From: the human T2T-CHM13v2.0 reference genome, Homo sapiens | Reading direction: 5' to 3' (one strand) | NCBI RefSeq assembly: GCF_009914755.1 | Contig: NC_060935.1 | DNA length: 64,000 nt | Shown here: positions 47,542-64,000 of the stretch, piece after piece | Layout: each line of letters opens with the position of its first letter | How positions within the stretch are numbered: the stretch's first letter is position 1 | Notes under the pieces: model-generated | Database searches by the model: none | Told to the model about the DNA's origin: nothing | Seen by the model: the letters and a program-made list of their open reading frames with translations, nothing else | Translations under genes and position numbers: made by a program

Positions 47542-48527
47542 AAAAAGAAAAGAAAAGAAAATGGAACTCTCACTGCGGTGACTGTGGTGTCTCTGTGATT
47601 TACCAGCAGCTTCTAATTGCCTGATCCTTTTTTTGATGACTGCTATCCTCAACAAGGAACCCTCTGCCTGACAGCCATCACAGCTGTGTTGGAAAGGGAT
47701 CCTTTCTCAGAATGTAGGAGTTAGGCCCAGGAGAGTTAGAAGGGGAGTGGGGGAAGATAAATAACCCTTAAAGAAATCTCCCCTCTTCTCTCCAGTTCCC
47801 CTCTTCCCCGTATCAAGCCTCCCCAAAGCTTTAGGGATCTGTAGTCCTAGGTTGAACTTCCTACCTTACTAAATGGCAAGGCCAGGATGTTAGCGTTCCC
47901 CACACAGACATGTCTGTATTCTATATAAAGATGTCTGTGTTACACATAAACACGTTATGGCTGTAACAATATCACTTTCAAAGGAGCGCTAATCCGCTGA
48001 AGTCATCGAGTCCGAAAACATTTGCTTCTCTGTGTCTTGTGTCTGAGCTCTGTGTGAGAGACACAGAGAAAAGGAAGGAGGGAGGGAAGGAGAAAAGGAT
48101 GGAGGGAAAGAGGAAGAAAGAGAGAGTGCACTTTAGAAAGCCCTACTTTGCAGAAATCGCTTTGAAAATTGTCCCTCTGGCTTATTTGTTCTTTATGGTG
48201 TCACTCTCTTACATCAATTACCCTCTGCTTAAAACGTTCATAATGGTCTTTCTATTGGAACTTCCAGATATATCAAATCAACATTTTGGATATGAAGTGA
48301 TTTGGTTTGAGTGGATGTCTCAGGGTGACCTAGCAGAGAAAAAATCAGCTGCAGGAAAAGGTCAGGAAATACCTGCCTCAGTGCTCCGCTAAACCCTGTA
48401 TTACCCACATCATAGCCTATATCTCCCTAGATCATACTCACGTGTTTTATCTTCTTTGCTAGACTGAGCATTCCATGAGGCACCTCCGTCCCTATCACCT
48501 AGCACAGGGTCTGGCAAATAATAGGCT

Positions 48528-51393
<2,866 letters not shown>

Positions 51394-52374
51394 AAAATTA
51401 ACTTTTAATCTAAATATTTATGAATTTTTTTGTCTATTACCATCCAGAAATTTCACCTGATTCCTCAGTATTCAACAAACAACAGTGATTCTTACTTGGT
51501 CATCAAAAAATAAGATTTTCTTTGCAAGTTAGGTCAAGTAATTCAAGCAGTGTTCCATTGGGTGCAATCCTGTTATATGAACATCTAGACTGACCAAATC
51601 AATTCAGGATTGTTTCTTAACTTCATAAAAGAATTTGAACAGCAGATTTCACTGGAATATCAGCTTCCTGGAAGGTTGGAGGTAGGAGGTAGGGAGAGAT
51701 GTCTTGGAAATAACGAATGCTTCATTTTAAGAGTAGCTCAAGTTTGTTGTAGGGAGGTATGGGGGTGGAGTGCTGCTAGGGTCCACCGCTCTGATCACAG
51801 CTGTTACCATGTGACCAAGAAGTCAGGCAGGTGAAGGGAGGTGGGGCAAGAGCCAGAGTTCAGACACCCAGGAATCAGAAGTGGGTAGGCTGGGAGGATG
51901 CTTACTGTCAGAAGCCCATACATACCAGGGCTTGAAAAAGGGAACCTCAACAGATTACTCTCCAACAAAACAGTACAGGAGCCAAGGCTTGGCCATCCTC
52001 TTGCTAGATCATCCTGTCTGTCTCCAAGCCAGCAAATACACAAAGATCCATTCCACCTTCAAACCTGACATTTCCCTTAGTTACAATCCTCTGATTTCCA
52101 AAAAGACTCTATTTTCTGTTTCTCTTCAGCTGTAGCAACCTGCTCTCTTAAATAGCTTCCTTATCTGGTGGGGGTAATTACAGCCTGTGACTAACAGCTG
52201 CGGTTCATAAACATGAGTTTTAACGTTTGGGTCAGTAGTTCTTGGTCTTTTCTGAATGGCAACTCCCTCAGCTGATCTCAGCATTAGGAGAGAGGCCTCT
52301 CCTTCGGCACTCCCAGTTGGTACTCACTAGTGCGGTTTACTGTTGAAGGCTGCTGTTTTCCCATTATAAAATAT

Positions 52375-52429
52375 TTAGGTTGGCACAAAAGTAATGGCAG
52401 AAACCGCGATTACTTTTGTGCCAACCTAA
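52375..52429. mobile_element. Internally deleted MADE1 (Hsmar1 mariner MITE)
   Basis: TTAGGTTGGCACAAAAGTAAT - 13 nt - ATTACTTTTGTGCCAACCTAA, followed by TA. Confidence 0.93.
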
Positions 52430-52619
52430 TAGGTCACATTTTTATTAAAGTTGCAAGTCCCAGCATCTAATACCAAAACATATTTCTGGACGTTTGTATT
52501 ATTAGTGATTTAAATTTTCTCTTTGAGCTTTTTAAATATTCCAAATTGTCTACAATGAGCATGTATTTCTTTTACATATTTTTAAAAAAGGCTTTTCAAA
52601 AAGTAATTCCTAACTATAA

Positions 52620-55740
<3,121 letters not shown>

Positions 55741-55845
55741 GAATATGCTTAATTTTTGTCTTTATTTTATTACAAAATTTTTGTCAAGCAATCCTCCTGC
55801 CTCTGATTCCCAAAGTGTTGGGATTACAGGCATAAGCCACTACAC

Positions 55846-56476
<631 letters not shown>

Positions 56477-57228
56477 CATATGTGGGCAGATGGAGGCCCT
56501 TAGCTTCCATCTTCCCACTGTCCAGAATCACCTGCTGACATGAAGATGCCTCATCAGGTGGATCATTATGTGGGATCCACAGGATCTGTACAGGTGCGGC
56601 TCTCCATGTGGCCCATCAGAGATGATACGCCAGCAGAATGAATGACGGTGGGAGCGGGAGGGAGGAGAGACTGGCAGCATGCCTACCAAGCAGCAGGACA
56701 TTTCGGGGGCCTCCTACTCACAACCTTGACCCGCCTCTCTGGAAGACTAAGCACAGAATGTCTTTCCCAAAGCAACATTTTTCTAACCCCTCGTGGAAGA
56801 CTGAACCCCTTCCATTAGTGTCCCTCCTCTCTTCATTGTCCTCCAAAATCTGGAGCTGGCCTACGGTGATGCAGTCACCAGGAGACTACTGCCAACCATC
56901 TCTCCCTTCTGTCCGTGACATCAGAGCTAGGCCAAAACGACTGTGCCTACAACCCACTGGCATCTCAGTGGATGTACAGTCCATTCACTGAGTCCTCATG
57001 ATGTGTCAGGCACTGTACTGAGCCTTAAACATTTGTTATCCCACTTAAATCTCCCAGAAACCCTATCAGGTGAATGCTTTTATCATTCCTGTAAATGATA
57101 ATAGATTCGCTGGTGGAGACTCAGAGGGTTTTAGGGTCCAGTCCAAGATCTTATAACCACAGAATGGCAGGATCAGGATTCACCACATGCCTATGTAACA
57201 GCCAAGCACATGAAGAGTGTATAGTCTC

Positions 57229-58571
<1,343 letters not shown>

Positions 58572-58626
58572 ATCTGTTCCTTTAGAACCACCTAGCAAGG
58601 AGCAGTACCATTCAATAACAGATTGT

Positions 58627-59082
58627 TGTCCAACACCATCACTCGCCCTTGAATTCTTTCTTGGGTAAAGCCAAGAATCCTCCCAGGCTAAGCCTCAATT
58701 TTGGGGCTCACCTGTCCTATAATATCTGGCGACCATGAAGGGACAAAGACAGTGAGTGAGAAATGAGGCAAAAGACTGGCAGGACTTGTTTTCTGGTCAC
58801 AACCCTGCTGACCAATACAAGATCTGGTCTAGACAGGATAACATAAATAAATCAGCAAGAGCCAGCAGATGACAACGAAAGTGACCCCTAGATTGTTCAT
58901 TGCATGAGACACTCCAGCCAGCACCATGACAGTTTACAAATGCCGTGGCAATGACCTGGAAGTTACCACCCCTTTCCATGGCAACAACCTGGAAGTTACT
59001 GCCCCTCCGCCCCTTTCCTAGAAAGTTCTAAATAACTGGCACCTCAGTTTGCATTGACCTGCCCCTTAATTTGCATGTAATT
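58627..59082 (+). mobile_element. ERV1-class (MER51-like) remnant: LTR 3' end, PBS-like stub, then LTR 5' half
   Basis: GCCAAGAATCCTCCCAGGCTAAGCCTCAATTTTGGGGCTCACCTG, then TGGCGACCATGAAGGGAC, then TGAGGC..GGCAGGACTTGTTTTCTGGTCACAACC; homologous to the inverted LTR at 60.7 kb. Confidence 0.7.
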
Positions 59083-60407
59083 GTTTTTTGTTTATGTGTT
59101 TTTGAAACAGGGTCTCGTTCTGTGGCCCAGGCTAGAGTGCAGTGATGTGATCACAGCTGACGCAGCCTGGACCTCCCTGGCTGAAGCCATCCTCCCACCT
59201 CAGCCTTCTGAGTAGCTAGGACTACAGCACATACCACCATGCCCTGCTAATTTTTGTACTTTTTATAGAGACAGAGTTTCAAAAAAGAATGTTACCAGTT
59301 GTGCCCAGGTTTACAGCTCTGAGTCCCTGATGAAAACTCTAGGTTCTCATGGCCTACAGGAAGAACAGGGTTGACAGCTGGTCTAGTTTAGGAGGGAGAG
59401 GATTTTACCAGAATCCCAGAGTACAAGGAAGGTCTGACTTAGAGGAAAAAAAATCAAAACTAGGACTGGTGTCCAAGAGAAGAGCCCTTAGCATCCTTAG
59501 GATTTTTTTAAATCTCCGTAAAGAATCATATGCCTTTAGGATTATTGAGCCTTACCTTAGTTTGATTTTATTAGCATCCTTTATCCCATGCACCAGTTAG
59601 TAGAGGGCACTGCTCTCCATGCCACAAAATCCCCTAGTTGAACTCTTTATTTTACAGTGAAGAAACGGAAGCCCAGAGTCATCCAGCAATGTAGTAATAA
59701 AGGCTTAGAACCCAAGATCCCTGACTTCAGTCTATTTCTCTACCATCTGAGCCACACTGCCAAAAGACAATTTTTAAAAGGTCTTCCTGAACAGATCGCT
59801 CCTCCTCTCTTTTACAGGGCCAGCAGGTCACCTCACTGAGGATAATTCTATCCACAAGCTAATTCAGAACAGCCTGAAGCATGTTTCATCATGAGCTAGA
59901 GCTTCTGCCGGGATGAGGAGGGAAGGACTCAGCTTTGGTTTTGGGTACTGAACTGAACTGAGGGAAAAGCTCAATTAAACAACCCTGCTGATTCAGAATG
60001 ACTAGGGAATGAGCTCTCTGAACTATCTAATGCTTCTGCCCATGTTTGTTGGATAAATGAATATATGGAACATTAACACGTAAAGCAAGATGGGCACTGC
60101 AGCTTACACCTATAATCCCAGCACTTTGGGAGGCCAAAGCATGTAGATCATTTGAGCCCAGGAGTTCAAGACCAGCCTGGGCAACATAGTGAAAACTTTC
60201 GCTGGGAAAAATACAAAAAATTAGCCAGGCATGGTGACCTGTGCCTGTAGTTCCAGCTACTCAGGAGACTGAGGTGGGAGGATCACTTGAGCCTCAGAGG
60301 TTGAGGCTGTAGTGAGCCATAATTGCACCACTGCGCTCCAGCCTGGGTGATAAAGCAATACTCTATCTTAAAAATAAAATATAATAACAGCAATTCTACC
60401 AAATTTA

Positions 60408-61774
<1,367 letters not shown>

Positions 61775-62623
61775 ATATGGAAAAGGTATTGGGATCAAAA
61801 CCCAGAGTCCCGTTTTTCCTGCTGTATTACATCTTCCTTAGGCATTTTTTTTTCTCAAACTCCCTGAGTCCTAATTCCTTTGTCAGTAAAATAATAATTG
61901 TAGCATCTGTCTCCCAAAGTAATGCTGTAATTTGAGAATAACATTTTTATCATAATAGTGGATTTATGATAGGATAGAAGGCCCAAAACCCAAGAATTCA
62001 CAGTCATATCATTGTAGCTGCATATAACTAGATTTGTGTTTGTTTGTTTGATTTTTTATATGTCAAACAAAACTTTAATAATGTCTTTAAAGCCTTTTAG
62101 AAGGCATTTCTTCACTCTGAATAGTCCTGTGTTTAAAATTCAAGCTTAATTTTTCTCTGTACTGTAAATATTTCTCCAAATGGGTTTAAAACGGGGCACA
62201 AAAGGATCAGTTCCATGAAGAAGGCAAAAATACTTTACCAGAATGCCATGCCAAATTGGATAGCACTCTCAAAGCAGATTAAAGTTGTTTCAAATGCTTC
62301 AAAGAGGAAGACAAATCTAATCCCTCAAGCCTTCCTTTAAATCCATATTCCTTAATTTCAGAAAATTTCCCAAGTCTTTTAAAAGGCCCAAATATCATTT
62401 TACAGTTTGGAAGTAGTCAAGAAGAACATTTCCAATTTTTGAGAACATTCTTCCTTCCTTAAAAAAGGGCTCAGTGAAGCTGGGTCTCCTTCATAAAGAA
62501 ACCCGCCCCAGTGGACCATGACCCCCTTGTTTTAGGAGTAGAGTGGGACAGCCATCCTCGGGCCCTGGGTCTGGAGTTCGTGGCTAATGACTACCTGAAG
62601 AATTCCTTGAAGAAGCAGAGTCA

Positions 62624-62920
<297 letters not shown>

Positions 62921-64000
62921 GAAGCAGAGTCAGGCATTCTCCCTGTGATTTCTGGGCGAGATCTGCATGTCTGCCACTGTGTGGAAGAACGGCCAGTCCC
63001 TCCACTATGTAACACCAGTGGAAAGAAAGTTTCCAAATGAGAAGAAAAACAAGGCTGGGTGCAATAGAGACAAGTGAGACCATTTTCACAGCTTCAGAAA
63101 ACAGCTCTTCTGAAGTCACCTTCACCTGCTCAGAGAGGCAAACTCCCAGATTCTTCTCTTGCTGCCGTATCCACACAGCAGTTATAATAGACCCATTATA
63201 ATAATGAATATTTATGGAGACTACCAATGTGCCCACACTGTGCCAAAGGTCTTACATGCAGTGTCTCTTTTATCCTCTCAATAGCCTGGAGGCAGATACA
63301 CTTCCTAGCCCTATTTTACAGATGAGGAAGTTGAAGTTGCAGATGGCTCATTAAGCTGCCAGTGTCATCGCTACTTAGTGGTTGTGTGAGACTCAAACTC
63401 AGATCTTCCTGACTCTGAAGTCTGTGCTTAACCAGAATGATGCGCTGCCTAAATACAGTCTCGTGGCAGTGCAGGGATGGGCTCATGTTGAACACTTCTT
63501 TTGTACCTCCACTCTGGAATTTTGTTATAATTAACAATAGCTACCTGTGTCCCAGCTAAGTGTGCTGAGTGGTTTACATGCATGGTCTTCAGCAGGTTTA
63601 AATGGCATAAACCACCCTGACCCTGGAAACACTTTCTGCCTCCTCTGTCAGACTCTTTTCTCCTTTCTCTCCTATTTCCTTCCCTCTCTCCCTGCAGCTC
63701 GGAGACACTGGGTGCATTCTGGTTGCCATTTTACCTTGCCTCCAACCCAGCCTAAAATGCAAACCGTGTTGTCAATGAAAATAGGTATATCTTTTCTGCT
63801 GTTTTCTGTTTTAGTTTGAGGAGAAGTTACAAGTGTCCCTCTCTGCTCTCCATATTCAAGACATCTCCCTGTAGACACGGTGCCAGAACAGTGACCTCAG
63901 ACCACAGCTTGGACGCTGATTACAAGTAATCCAGCTCCAGAGGTGATAGAGTGTCCTTTCTTTAAAAAGGAGATAAAAATAGCGAAGAAACAACACTTTC

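Overview
Human genomic DNA from the WT1 (Wilms tumour 1) locus at 11p13. The left third holds the 5' half of WT1 on the minus strand: a TATA-less CpG-island promoter near 21 kb, exon 1 with its AUG and upstream CUG starts, the alternative first exon 1a (AWT1), and exons 2, 3, 4 (with the 4a extension) and the 17-aa alternative exon 5. The zinc-finger exons lie off the left edge. The divergent lncRNA WT1-AS/WIT1 runs on the plus strand from the same promoter. It has a short form ending near 25.56 kb and a probable long form ending at a canonical poly(A) site near 44.27 kb. The rest is gene-poor DNA dense in Alu, MIR, L1, L2, MER20, MLT1, MER51-like LTR and MADE1 relics. I found no foreign DNA, CRISPR array or new protein-coding system. 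The best leads are regulatory or splicing related: a DR5 retinoic-acid element at 25.47 kb, a recursive-splice junction at exon 3, a microsatellite-built cryptic acceptor after exon 1a, an inverted-Alu 3' end for WT1-AS, and a perfect MADE1 hairpin. Exon boundaries were read base by base. Repeat boundaries and family names are estimates by eye.
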